From Squalus acanthias (lineage: Eukaryota), in the NCBI GenBank assembly GCA_030390025.1, contig CM059431.1, positions 130,698,001-130,762,000 of the forward strand: a stretch of DNA of 64,000 nt. The letters run 5' to 3'. The translations under genes were made by a program, and so were the position numbers. Of this stretch, positions 49,634-60,870 are shown in pieces; the stretch's first letter is position 1; each line of letters opens with the position of its first letter. Below the pieces are notes generated by a model. The model searched no databases, was not told the DNA's origin, and worked only from the letters and a program-made list of their open reading frames with translations.

Positions 49634-50015
49634 TAAAAAAAAAATTTATTCATTGGATGTGGGCGTCGCTGGCAAGGCCAGCATTTATTGCCCATCCCTA
49701 ATTGCCCTTGAAAAGGCAGTGGTGAGCCACCTTCTTGTACAACTGAGTGGCTTGCTAGGCCATTTCAGAGGGCAGTTAAGAGTCAACCACATTGCTGTGG
49801 GTCTGGACCAGGTAAGGATGGCAGATTTCCTTCCCTAAAGGACATTAGTGAACCAGATGGATTTTTACAACAATCCGATAGTTTCATGGTCACCATTACT
49901 GAGACTAGCTTTTTATTCCAGATTTATTTAATTAACTGAATTTAACTCACGTCTCTGGTTCATTGGCCCAGGCCTCTGGATTACTAGTCCAGTAACATAG
50001 TCACTATGCTACCGT
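49634..50015 (-). mobile_element. SINE with tRNA-like head, and body and tail shared with the LINE at 23487-27140
   Basis: Head ggtagcatagtgactatgttactggactagtaatccagagg; 49738-49842 matches 27018-27140; 49645-49737 matches 23490-23584; T-run marks the A-rich 3' end side at 49634-49643 read as the LINE tail. Confidence 0.75.
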
Positions 50016-50119
50016 TCCCTGCTGTGGGTTGTTTAATATGACTACTACAAGTAGGATTAAAACAAAGAATCTAGCTCTGATGTGCCTAAATATATACACA
50101 CTTTTAATTTTCAGTATAT

Positions 50120-50335
50120 ATGTTATGATCTCGAATGCACTGTTTGAAAGGGTGGTGGAAGTAGATTCAATAGTAACTTTCAAAAGGGAATTGAATAAAT
50201 ATCTGAAAGGGGGGGGAAATTGCAGGGCTATGGAGAAAGAGCAGAGGAGTGGGACTAATTGGATAGTTCTTTCAAAGAGCCAGTACAGGCACAATAGGCC
50301 TAATGGCCTCCTTCTGTTCTCTGATTCAATATAAT
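50120..50335 (+). mobile_element. CR1 3' tail remnant
   Basis: ERVVEVDSIVTFKRELNKYLK; ggcctaatggcctccttctg; similar to 22110-22320. Confidence 0.75.
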
Positions 50336-50519
50336 ATTTCATAGGACAGGGTTTGATCTATCTACCGAAAATCAGCGTTAAAATTTAGCATTGTTATAAA
50401 TCTAAAATATAATAGGTTAACCACAGAGACAAAACATAAATAAGTTTTTTAGTAGGATTCAGAAGGTCAGAAGCACAAGTGGTAGCCTGCTTGCATAATA
50501 AGCAGAAGATAAAATAATA

Positions 50520-52250
50520 GATTCAGGTGTTGGGCTTAGCTGCATCAATTGTGTGGTTTCATCAGTTCTTACCCCTGCTACAGAAATTCCTGTTTGTATA
50601 AATGAAAGACTCATGACCCTCTGTATTCCACTAACAAAAGCTCGTCATGCTGTAGTCATTAGTGAATATAGCCCAACTATGGACGAGGAGGATGAAGTGA
50701 AGCAGAACTTCTACTCTGAACTGAGCAATATCCTAACAACAATTCATAAGAGGACAAAATAATCCTAATAGGTAATTTCAATGCAAAAGTTGGCAAGGAT
50801 ACAGATCTGTGGTGCAGTGTCATTGGTACAGATTGTGTTAGAAAAGTCAATTCTAACAGTCTCCTTCTCCTCAGTAAATAGTATCACTGACACTCTGTTT
50901 AGGCAGAAAGATAAACATAAAACATCATGGATACATCCAAGATCAAAGAATTGTCACTTAATTGATTTATATGGTTGTTCGGTCAAGAAACCGCCAGGAT
51001 GTTCTAATCACTAGGGCTATGTGTAACAGATTACGGTTGGACTGATCACAGGCTCATCAGGACAAAACTAACGTATACAATTTCTGTACAAGCCTCACAA
51101 ACACCAAAAGATGGGGCGAAAGCTAAATGTGAAATGTCCAGAAGCAGAGGATGCAAGAAATTAGTTCCAAGAACGCCTCGGAAAGAGTTTCACATTAAAC
51201 CCATTTGGACAGGGCACTAGCAATAATCAATAGGAGATGCTTAAAAACTACTTTAACTTCCGTCTTCCAGCAAACCATTGACTTTTCCAGGAGAAAGCAA
51301 TGATATTGGTTCGATGTAAATGACCAGCAAATTATAGATCTCATCAACCATAAGCGCCGCTCGTTCATTGAATGGCAGAGCCATCCTAACTTACAGGCCA
51401 AGAAAGAATACTACCATTGACTGCGAGCTGAAGGACAGCATAAGCTGTGTTCGATGAAGAATAATTGGTACATACAGAAAGCCGAAAAAGTCCAAGGCTA
51501 TGCTGATCGTCATGAGACACAAGAATTTTTTGATGCCATTAAAGCTATCTTCCAACGGATCAGTACCCCTTCAGTCAAAGGATGTTAACTATCTTATTAA
51601 GAATTATGGGGCTTTTAAAGCAATGGAAGGCACATTTCCATGACCTTCTCAATAGGGACTCTGCTTTCAGTCAGCAAATAATTGACCAGATGCCCCAACA
51701 TAATATCTCAACCGAACTAAACAATTCACCTGCTCTCTGAAGTACAAACAACAATCCAGCTGATTAATGACAATAAGGATACTGGACCAGATGGGAGCCG
51801 AATTGAAATCTATAAGCGTAAGGGCGAGGTGCTTACCAACAATCTCCAACTATTTTTTCAAAGAATTTGGGAGCAGGAAGAAGTTGCCCCTAGATCTTGA
51901 AGATGCAAATATCGTAACCATCTGAGAAAAAAGGTGAGAAATCAGACTGTAGCAATGATCATGATATCGCACTGCTTTCAAAAGCAAGGAAAGTTCTTTC
52001 AAAATTTTTAACGTTCAGAAAAGATTCTTCCTGAAATCGAATGTTTTCAGACCTGGTAGTGGGATGAATGACATGATATTTGTAGTGCGCCAGCTGCAAG
52101 GAAAGTGTCAAGAGCAGCACCATGAGTTATATATGCCGTTTATCAATCTTGCTCAGGCTTATGATTCAGTGAACAGAGAGACTCTATGGAAAATTCTCCG
52201 GAAGTTTGGTTGCCCCTGAAGGGTTGTCTCAATTGTTAGACAATAATGAT
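50520..52250 (+). mobile_element. Decayed RTE-clade LINE (APE and start of RT)
   Basis: INERLMTLCIPL..VISEYSPTMDEEDEVKQNFYSEL, KHKTSWIHPRSK, DSVNRETLWKILRKFGCP. Confidence 0.8.
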
Positions 52251-52787
52251 TGAAGGTCAATCATCACAGCCCCAGGACATCGCTGCAGGAGTTCCTCAGG
52301 GCAGTGTCCTAGGCCCAACCATCTTCAGCTGCTTCATCAATGACCTTCCCTCCGCTGGGCGGGCTTGACAAGGTCAATCAAGGGAAAATAGCGTGAGTCC
52401 GCCAGAAGTCGATGGAGGCGGGACTGAAACCCGACAAGTGGGAGTCCCGCCTCCAAAAGTTCCCCGATGTATCAGTGGTATTACAAAAATACATTTTGAC
52501 TAAAAGCTTGACAAGTCACTACATTTACAAATGAGTAAAAAGAGTATATGTGACAAGTGAAACCAGAATTTTGAAATGGGGCAGGTGGACCGGAACCTGA
52601 TACATTCACTAGGTTTCAAATTTGTTACTGAGCTCATACCTAATATCTAATATTTTGTTAAAAGCTTGTGAATTTCCTAGATTTTTCCCCAAAATTTTGA
52701 CTGGCAAATAACATAAATTTTAGAAAGTTGTTCTCATTGGTCTCAAATGAGACCCAAATTTAACTCGGAGCCTGGGCGCATCTCTGG

Positions 52788-53254
52788 CATGGGATGGGTG
52801 GATTGTCTTATGAGGAGAGATTGAGTAGACTAGGCCTATATTCTCTAGAGTTTAGAAGAATGAGAGGTGATCTCATTGAAACATACAAAATTCTTACAGG
52901 GCTTGACAGGGTAGATGCAGAGAGGATGTTTCCCCTGGCTGGGGAGTCTAGAACCAGGGGTCACAGTCTCAGAATAAGGGGTTGGTCATTTAGAACTGAG
53001 ATGAGGAGAAATTTCTTCACTCAGAGGGTGGTGAATCTTTGGAATTCTCTGCCCCAGGGGGCTGTGGAGGCTCCGTCGTCGAGTATATTCAAGACAGAGA
53101 TCAATAGATTTTTGGATATTAAGGGAATCAAGGGATATGGGGATAGTGCAGGTAAGTGGAGTTGAGGTAGAAGATTAGCCATGATCTTATTGAATGGCGG
53201 AGCAGGCTCGAGGGGCCGAATGGCCTACTCCTGCTCCTATTTCTTATGTTCTTA
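52788..53254 (+). mobile_element. CR1 3' fragment (subfamily of 15599-17022)
   Basis: Closely matches 16558-17020; 123-aa ORF2 C-terminus open. Confidence 0.95.
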
Positions 53255-53360
53255 CTTCCAGTTCTGATGAAAAGTCCTCAACCTGAAACACTAACTCTGT
53301 TTATCGCTCCACAGATGCTGCCTGATCTGAGTGTTTACAGCATTTTCTGTTTTTATTTCA
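53255..53360 (+). mobile_element. Penelope-like terminal fragment with decayed hammerhead motif
   Basis: cagtt-CTGATGA-aaagtcctcaacct-GAAA-cacta-act, then the gatgctgcctga...cagcattttctg tail. Confidence 0.55.
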
Positions 53361-53995
53361 AACCTCATATCTTGTCCATCACCAAGCCCACCTATTTCTT
53401 CCTCAGAACCTCCATTTCTACCTCACACCTACTGTCACTGAAACTTGTGTAACCTCTGTGCTCAGTTTCTCTAACACTTATCACTAGCTTCTCAAGCTCT
53501 ACCTTACACAAACTCCAAATTGTCCAAAATCCCTCCACTCAAATCCTATCCCATACTAAGTCTCTCTCACCTGCCACCTTCATCCTCATTGATATCTACT
53601 AACTTTCACATTGATTTCTAATCATCATCCTTCTTTACAAATCTCTCCTTGGCCTCTCCACCCTACCTCTGCAATCTCCTGCTCAACATCTCAGCCCACA
53701 CTCTTTACTCTTCTGATGTTAGCCTATTAAGTGTACGTTCCCCATCCCCCTCCACTGCATCATTGTTGGCAGAGCCTTCAGCCTTCATCGCCCTGCAGGA
53801 GCTCTTTTCCTCAACCCTTTGCTTGCTACTTCACTACCCTTTTCAAAAGGCACCTAAAATCGGATTCCTTTGGCCATGCCTTTAGTCATTTACCCTAACT
53901 CTTCTCTTAATCCTGCTCAGTGTTGATTTTCCTCCCTCTGTTCTGTCACGGACTTTGGGACATTTTTAGTTAGTTAAAGATGCTATATAGAGGTA
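53361..53995 (+). mobile_element. Highly decayed L2 3' region
   Basis: Pyrimidine-rich with residual similarity to the reverse complement of 11067-11765; ends tttgggacattt...aaagatgctatata. Confidence 0.5.
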
Positions 53996-55094
53996 ATTTC
54001 CTGATCTCACACTCCTGCTGGAAAGAGTTCACTTGGGTGAGCATTGGGCAAGGCATCCTGCTGAAAGCATAAAGTTCAAATCTATCCACCAGAATTACAA
54101 ATTGTTATTGTGTTTCTTGCAACTGATTGATCCACGCTAACCACATGATATTATTGGTCACTTATCAGGAAACAGTCATTGAAACACAAATCTTTTTATG
54201 AGCTGATAGATATGTGCAGCACCTGAGAGTTCAGAGCCTGTCCTCCTATGAATTTCATTTACTCTTGTTAATTCTTTTGTTATACTTATCCTTTACCGTA
54301 TGGTATGGAACAGTTCCATTGCTAAATTATTTTGAGTAGTGGGATTGAGGCAGAAAACTGTCAGGTGCAGCATAAGATGCAGACATTGAAAGTAAGCTTC
54401 CTTGCTTTGCATTTCCTCTAAGATCAGACATAATCTTCCCAGTTCATTCCAATGCAATGGGTATGTGACCCCACATTGACCCTTTTATGCCAGATACGCC
54501 TGGTTGACTGTTCTGAACCTTTTGCAGCTCCCACACTCCTCCTCCCTAAACCAATTTCACCAAAAACAGATTTATTGTTCATTGCTGTTTCTGGCATATT
54601 GTGAGCAAAATGACTGCCTTTTTGCTTAGCTAACAACACTCACTGTACTTCAAAATAATTCATTCCCTCTAAAACACTTCAAGACTTTTCTGAGAGATGT
54701 GATAAAGCACCATATAAATGCAAGTTTATCTTTTAATGTTATGGGCAGTGCTTTTTCATTATATTGTCCTGTTAGCTTTGTGGAAAATCCCTTTTTTGCT
54801 TAATAGCTGTCTTAATTTTTAATTTCTTTTCCTTCATCTTCACCCAATTGTATCCCAGCTGGTTAGGACAGGTGTTGCATTTCCTGGAGATTTTGTTCAG
54901 TTGCATAGTAAGAGATTTGTATCCATGGGTGAAAGATTTGTTCTCATAGTTTCTCATAAGTACAGCTGATCTTAAGCAGGCATCGTTACAGGTATTACAA
55001 AGCCAATAGCCTGGAAACTGGTGTTCTATTTGTAACTTAGTTTCTTTGCCTCTATATTGGGCTTCTCACATTATGGTTTCAACTCAGCCACATA

Positions 55095-55909
55095 GGCCTA
55101 AATTTTAATACTTTAGCGGGTTGGGAGCAGGGTGCTAGGAAGCGGTCGGGAAACCCGGGAGAACGGCAGGGCCTGATTTGCATTTGAAACTTCTGTTTTC
55201 CACAGATGGGGAGGCTGGCTGGCTGCGGGCGGGTAGGCCTGCGGCAATAGACCACAGAGAGGAGGGAGGGAGGGATCGGGTGGGGGTCAGCGGAGCACAT
55301 CGAAGGGCCGGGGGAGCATGATCGGGGGGCCGGGAGTACATCGAAGGGCCGGAGGAGTACATCGGGGGGGGGTGGGGGCGAAGGAGCTTGGGGGGCCGGG
55401 AGCACACTTGGGGGCTGGAGGAGCTTTGGGGTGGGGAGGGGGGAGGCAGACTACATCGGGGGGGCTGGAGAAGCATGGGGGGTGGGGAGGCCGGGAAGGT
55501 GAGCGGCGGCCTGGTGGGGTGGGGGGATCAGAGGTCTCATGGGAGGATCTCCGATCACGGGGCGGTGGTTTAGGCAGTGATGCTGGATTCAGCAGGTGAG
55601 TGTAAAGGCACTTGCCTCCTGGATCCAGCAGTCCTTGCCTTACTTTAGCTGGCGGGTTTCACGAGGGTTGCAAAACCTGACCAGCCACTGTTAAATTAAA
55701 AATGGTGGTTAAATCTGAGGCTCGCCAGCCTCATTATAATATTTAAAGAGGCTGCCCGCCTCTCCCCCCCCCCCTCCCCCCCCCCCCCTGGCCGTCCTGC
55801 TTCCATTAAAACTGGAAATAGGCGGGTTCTGGTAGGGATTCAATTTTTAACACTTTAACTTCCCACCCGACCCCAACCCACCTGTTTTTTTGGGGTTAAA
55901 ATTCCTCCC
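55095..55909. mobile_element. G-rich Harbinger-type MITE
   Basis: TIR GGCCTAAATTTTAA...TTAAAATTCCTCCC; flanks ATA/GTA; internal repeats of gagYacatcgaagggccgg. Confidence 0.7.
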
Positions 55910-56457
55910 GTAGTTAATTTACTGCAAACAATAAACACTTAGAAAAGTCTATGGCCTCGAAATTGGGTGTATTATCGCCACCTGTTACCGCCATAATCGG
56001 GTGAAAGAATGACGGCCGCCGCACTTCTGCCAGCTGGCAGCGGGTCCCACGGTGGCTGCCATTTTCAGGTGGCCGGCAGCACTGTCGATAGCAGCGACCG
56101 TGAAAATCATTGAAATGAAGCAAATCGTAACGTCAGTGAGTGTGCAACGCTCACTTGATGCCCGATCTGCGAGTTTGGAGTTCACTGCTCCACTTACTGA
56201 CATGCCTGAACTATGGCGAGCTAAGCAAGTGTTGACAAGCAGGAAGGAGGCTCCAGCAGCGTTATTTAAAGGGATCATCAGCAACAACTTGCAGCTGACA
56301 TGTTTGTTCAGGTTGACTGGCTCTGTGGAACTTTCTGTAACCCCAGCAGCTTTATTGACTTATTGCAAGGTTCTAAGGTAACAGGGAGTGTTGTTGCAAG
56401 TGCAGAACGGCTTCATTCTTATTTAAAAGCTTCTGCGCACGACACTTGCTCACAATC

Positions 56458-57877
56458 ATGGGGGCTGTACTGGCAGTCACCTTCATGCTCGAGTATCTTA
56501 GGGAGAGGGAGTGGAGGCAGCGAAGGAGACGAGAAGATGCTCGCAGAGGGAGGAGGAGGAGGGCCAGGAGGGCTCTCAACAGGAGGCCTTCCTAGGGTCT
56601 TCACAGAGCACTTCTCTTGTATCCATTTACATACGTACATACGAATTAGGAGCAGGAGTAGGCCCCTCGAGCCTGCTCCGCTATTCAATAAGATCATTGC
56701 TGATCTGATTACTCCACATTCCCGTCTACCGCCGATAACCTTTCACCCCCTTGCTTATCAAGAATCTATCTACCTCTGCCTTAAAAATATTCAAAGACTC
56801 TGCTTCCACTGCCCTCTGAGGGAGAGAGTTCCAAAGACTCACGACCTTCTGTGAGAAAAAATTTCTCCTCATCTCTGTCTTAAATGGGCGACCCCTTATT
56901 TTTAAGCCAGGAGCAGTGTTAAAGGAGGCTCCGCTTCACCAAGGAGGTGGTCACAGAAGCCTGCCACATCCTGCAACCAGACTTCCGGCCTCAGAGCAGG
57001 GCAACTATGGCTCTCCCAGTGGTAGTCAAGGTCACCATGGTCCTCAATTTCTTCACCAGCAGATCCTTCCAGTCTGCAGCAGGAGACATAGCGAACATCT
57101 CACAGTTCGCCATCCATCTCTGCATCTGGGAGGTCACGGAGGCTCTCTACACCAAAAGAAGGGACTATGTTGTCTTCTCTCTGAGCAGAGAGAAGCAGGA
57201 CGAGCGTGCATGTGGCTTTGCCAGGATAGCAGGCTTCCCCATGGTGCAGGGCGCCATTGACTGCACCCACTTTGCGGGCGCCGTATAACAATCCTGAGAT
57301 CTTCTGTAACCACAAAGGCTACCACTCTCTTAATGTGCAGTTGGTGTGCAACCACGCCCAGCACTTCTTGCCGGTCAATGCCTGCTATCCTGGCAGCGGC
57401 CATGATGCCTTCATCCTGCATCAGTCCGGTGTACCAGCAATCTTCCAGCCACAACAGCAACTGTTCATAGACAAGGGCTATCCGCTCTTCACCTGGCTCA
57501 TGACTCCCCACTGCAACCCCACCACTCGTGCCAAACACTCATATAATCAGAGTCATGCTTCCACCAGGAACATCATCGACCAAACCATTGGGCTACTGAA
57601 GGAACAGTTCCATTGCCTTGACCACTTGGGAGGAGCCCTCCAGTACACGCCGGAGCAGGTGTCCCATTTCATGGTGGTCTGCTGCATGCTTCATAATTTG
57701 GACATCATGAGGGTGCAGCCCTTGCCACCAGGGATTGTGGGACCACCTCAGGAGGAGGAGGAGGAGGAGGAGGCAGAGCAAGAGGAAGAGGACGAGAAGG
57801 GAGGGAGAAGGTAGGCAGCCAATCCCCCTTCCAGACGGTCTGTCCGTGAACAGGTCATCAGACTCTGATTCCAGTGA
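56458..57877 (+). pseudogene. Harbinger DDE transposase pseudogene
   Basis: LPVVVKVTMVLNFFTSRSFQ, FARIAGFPMVQGAIDCTH, KGYHSLNVQLVC, YPGSGHDAFIL, DKGYPL, RNIIDQTIGLLKEQFHCLD, CCMLHNL; split by a CR1 insertion and frameshifts. Confidence 0.9.
56629..56905 (-). mobile_element. CR1 3' fragment inserted in the transposase
   Basis: aggagcaggagtaggcc...tttctcctcatctctgtcttaaatgggcgacccc; the transposase reading resumes at SQEQC. Confidence 0.85.
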
Positions 57878-58033
57878 ATGAAAACCTAGATCCCCATCAT
57901 ACCATCCCTCTGTCACAGAATATCACAGTGTCCTCCTGGGCATAAAGCTAAAATGAGAGACACCATAAAAGATTCCAAACAAAATTAATAAATTTATCAA
58001 AAATCACTTCACATATATTTATAGTAGCAATAT

Positions 58034-59563
58034 TGTAAGGGGTTACGGTTCAGGGTGCTTGTGCGGGGTTAGGCCTTCGTTGCCTAATACTATTGCTTGC
58101 TCTGGTCTCCGGCCAGCCTTGTTGCAATAAGCACCTGTGAGTGGTTCGACCCACTCGCCCTTACGGTTCTGACACTGGACTTAGGTGCGAGAACAGTAAT
58201 GCAGAGAAAACTCAGGTAGACCCGGTTGAATAGTACGAAATGGAAATCTTTATTGCATATTGTTCAGAATTACGAAATACATGTCATAAGCACAGATTAA
58301 TGACAGTACAAGCTTACACACATTTATTAAACTAGGTTTAGGGAAACGAGGAGCGCACGACACATCGAAAAAGGGGACACACATTATAATTATCCTTAAT
58401 AAAACCCCCCTCCCCTTCAATGCCTGCTCTAATCTAGATCTGTAGGATCGAGAAACATGCTCACCACTCGTAATACCTCGGAGAATTCTAAAACGGCGCT
58501 CGGCTGTTTTCGCTGCAACACCTGACCGTTCACGTGTTGACCAGGGGTCTCTGTACCCCACTTGTTTATTTGCTCTGCTCCAGCTAGCAGGCTAAATCGT
58601 CTGCTGTCATGAAGATCTGTGTTGACCTCGGATTCCCGATCAAAACCTATATAGCTTAACAATGTTCACTTATTTCGGGCGCGGTCGGGGTTTACTGACC
58701 GCGGCAGCACGTGGATTCTTCTTCTTCTCTTCTCATCTCATCTCATCTCCTCGGGCCTTCGGGTCCAGACACCGTTTACCGACCTTCGGGATGGTGCACC
58801 CGATTTCGCAGCGCGCCATGAGGTCGACCCCAAAAGGGATCAGCGGAACAAGAGAGAATAACGGTCGTCCGGGATAAGAGCCAAGAGTCGATTCCAAGCG
58901 AATGAAAAGGATAAGAGACCGATGGACGTTTGGACACTACAGTTATAGTACTGTAATTCCTTATCTCCCGCCCAATCTTAATGTTCATCTTTTGTCATGT
59001 TTTGGCGCTCAAACTTCTTGTATGGGGTGGTTCTTGTCGTTAATGGGTTTCGGTGATACTTGTAACTGTCTAAGTACCCGTTAATATTTCTCCCATTGTG
59101 GAACCGGCTAGGAGTCTCCCTGGAGGGGTTTTGGGGGCCTCCGAATTCTTGCTGTGAGTACCCGCGAACGGCTCTCTCATCGTAGAGCCGCGGGGAATTT
59201 GCGTATCAATGTCTTTGGATGGGCCCTTGATTGCTCAGTACAATAGCCCTCGTTTGTGCATGGAAAACCAATTCCAGCACTTATAATTCTTGCTTAGGTG
59301 TCAAAATGCAAAACGATCGCGTCTTGTCTTATATCAATATATGCTGAGCATTGTCCGATCTTGCTGAAATGTTTATTGGAACGCCATCTTGTCTGCCTAC
59401 TGAAAAGTCTAGAAACTTCTGCCACGAGGCGCAGCGGCCATTTTACAGGCTTCTTGTGTCCGTTTTGAAACCTGACAGCATTTTGCTGAAATAAAACTGT
59501 TTTAACGAATCTGTATCTCTCTTTCTCGTTATTTCGAAATCGCGATAATTTGCGAATTTTACA
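58034..59563 (-). mobile_element. Solo LTR (1530 bp, CpG-rich)
   Basis: TGTAA...TTACA termini; 4-bp TSD ATAT (58030-58033, 59564-59567); absent from the paralogous Harbinger near 19840; minus-strand TATATA near 58650 and AATAAA near 58250. Confidence 0.85.
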
Positions 59564-59574
59564 ATATGAACTAA

Positions 59575-60870
59575 TCACCCTTGTGCAATCCCTTAGTGCC
59601 TGTCGTTATGGTGCCTTTTGCTACTCTCGTGCTCCTACGAAGTGCTTTCCCAATGTCTGTTGCATGGCTGGTGGAAGGCTGCTGCGTTTCCATGGGGGAG
59701 ACTTCAGATGGCTTTGCAGTACAACCTCCAGCAGCTATGGTCCTAGAAGGCCTGGCTGCAGACTGCACCAACTCGGCCTGTGCGGCAGCAGTCTGGGCTG
59801 GTTGGCTGACAGACAACGGCAAGGGCAATGGTGGAGTGGCAGTGGTGGGAACAGGAATGATGTCATCTTGAGAGAGGACAGTAGGGTCCTGACCCACTGA
59901 CCCACTGCCCACGGGGCTGCGTCCCAGCATTCCTAGCAATCAATTGGAGCACAGATTGCTGGGTAAATCCAGCCATGATGGCAGCAGTCAGAGCTTGGGT
60001 AGCATCAAGCTGAGACTGCATGAGAGCAGTCTGAGTTTGGATGGCACCAAGCAGAGACTGCATGAGGGCGATCTCCACTTCTGCTGCAGCACTAAGACGT
60101 TGGGTCGCTTCTGCCTGTGGTGCAATGGCAGCCGCGACATCGCCCATCACACGCACCATCACGTCTGGGTCGACACGGTCTCTTCAGGTGTTTTCCATCA
60201 TTTCCAGCCTGGAAATCCTGGACTCCAAGCTCTGCGCAAAGCCCGGTGCAATGTTGAAGGCGGACTCCTCCACGCTCCTGGACATTGCCACGATGCTGTC
60301 TGGCAGGCTTTCCATTGAACCTGTCAATTCGGTGTGCATGCCCATCACCCTTGTTCTGAAGGCCGCCCCATCAATGTTCTCATCTGAGTCCTGTACAGCA
60401 GAACTTTTGCCGAACTCGCCCTCCGGGGAGCTGGCCCCCGAGCTACCCTTTCCCCCTGGCCTTACTGCAGCCGCTCATGCCCGGTGCCTCACCCTGTGCA
60501 GATCCTGCTGCTACACTACCCTCTAAATTACATACAGTACCAGTTTCTGAGCTGGTATCTGTGAGTGACAGATGCAGTGACACTGTGTCTTCTTCTCCCC
60601 CTCGCTCTCGTGCATCACCTCGGAGACGGGCTGTTCCGGAGCTTGTTGTTGATTACTAAAAGCCAAAAGGCGCAAGTGTCGGGTTCTGGTGAGGGAGCGA
60701 GGAGGGAAGCAAGATATGCATGCATACAGCATCAGCAGCTTGAACGTGATAAGAGATGAGGGAGCAGTGGGATCTGAGAAGAAAGATTAGAAATGACCAT
60801 AACGTTGTTGTCCCCTCGCCGGTTGCCACGACCTCTATGATCTGCTGCCCAATTAAATACTGAATAAAGC
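59575..60870 (-). pseudogene. Harbinger Myb-like accessory gene remnant (C-terminal low-complexity/coiled region; DNA-binding N-terminus not found)
   Basis: Convergent to the transposase inside the TIRs; Ala/Gln/Ser-rich ORF pieces 59571-59939 and 59863-60162; 3' end homologous to 19860-20050. Confidence 0.6.

Noticed and set aside
55300..55470. CRISPR-like or coding tandem repeat
   Set aside because: Irregular G-rich internal repeats of a MITE in eukaryotic DNA; no constant repeat-spacer period and no cas genes
56458..57877. Domesticated HARBI1 host gene (also 18531-19678), or NAIF1/MSANTD-type gene at 6247
   Set aside because: All lie within transposon termini, are multi-copy and are broken by stops, frameshifts or insertions
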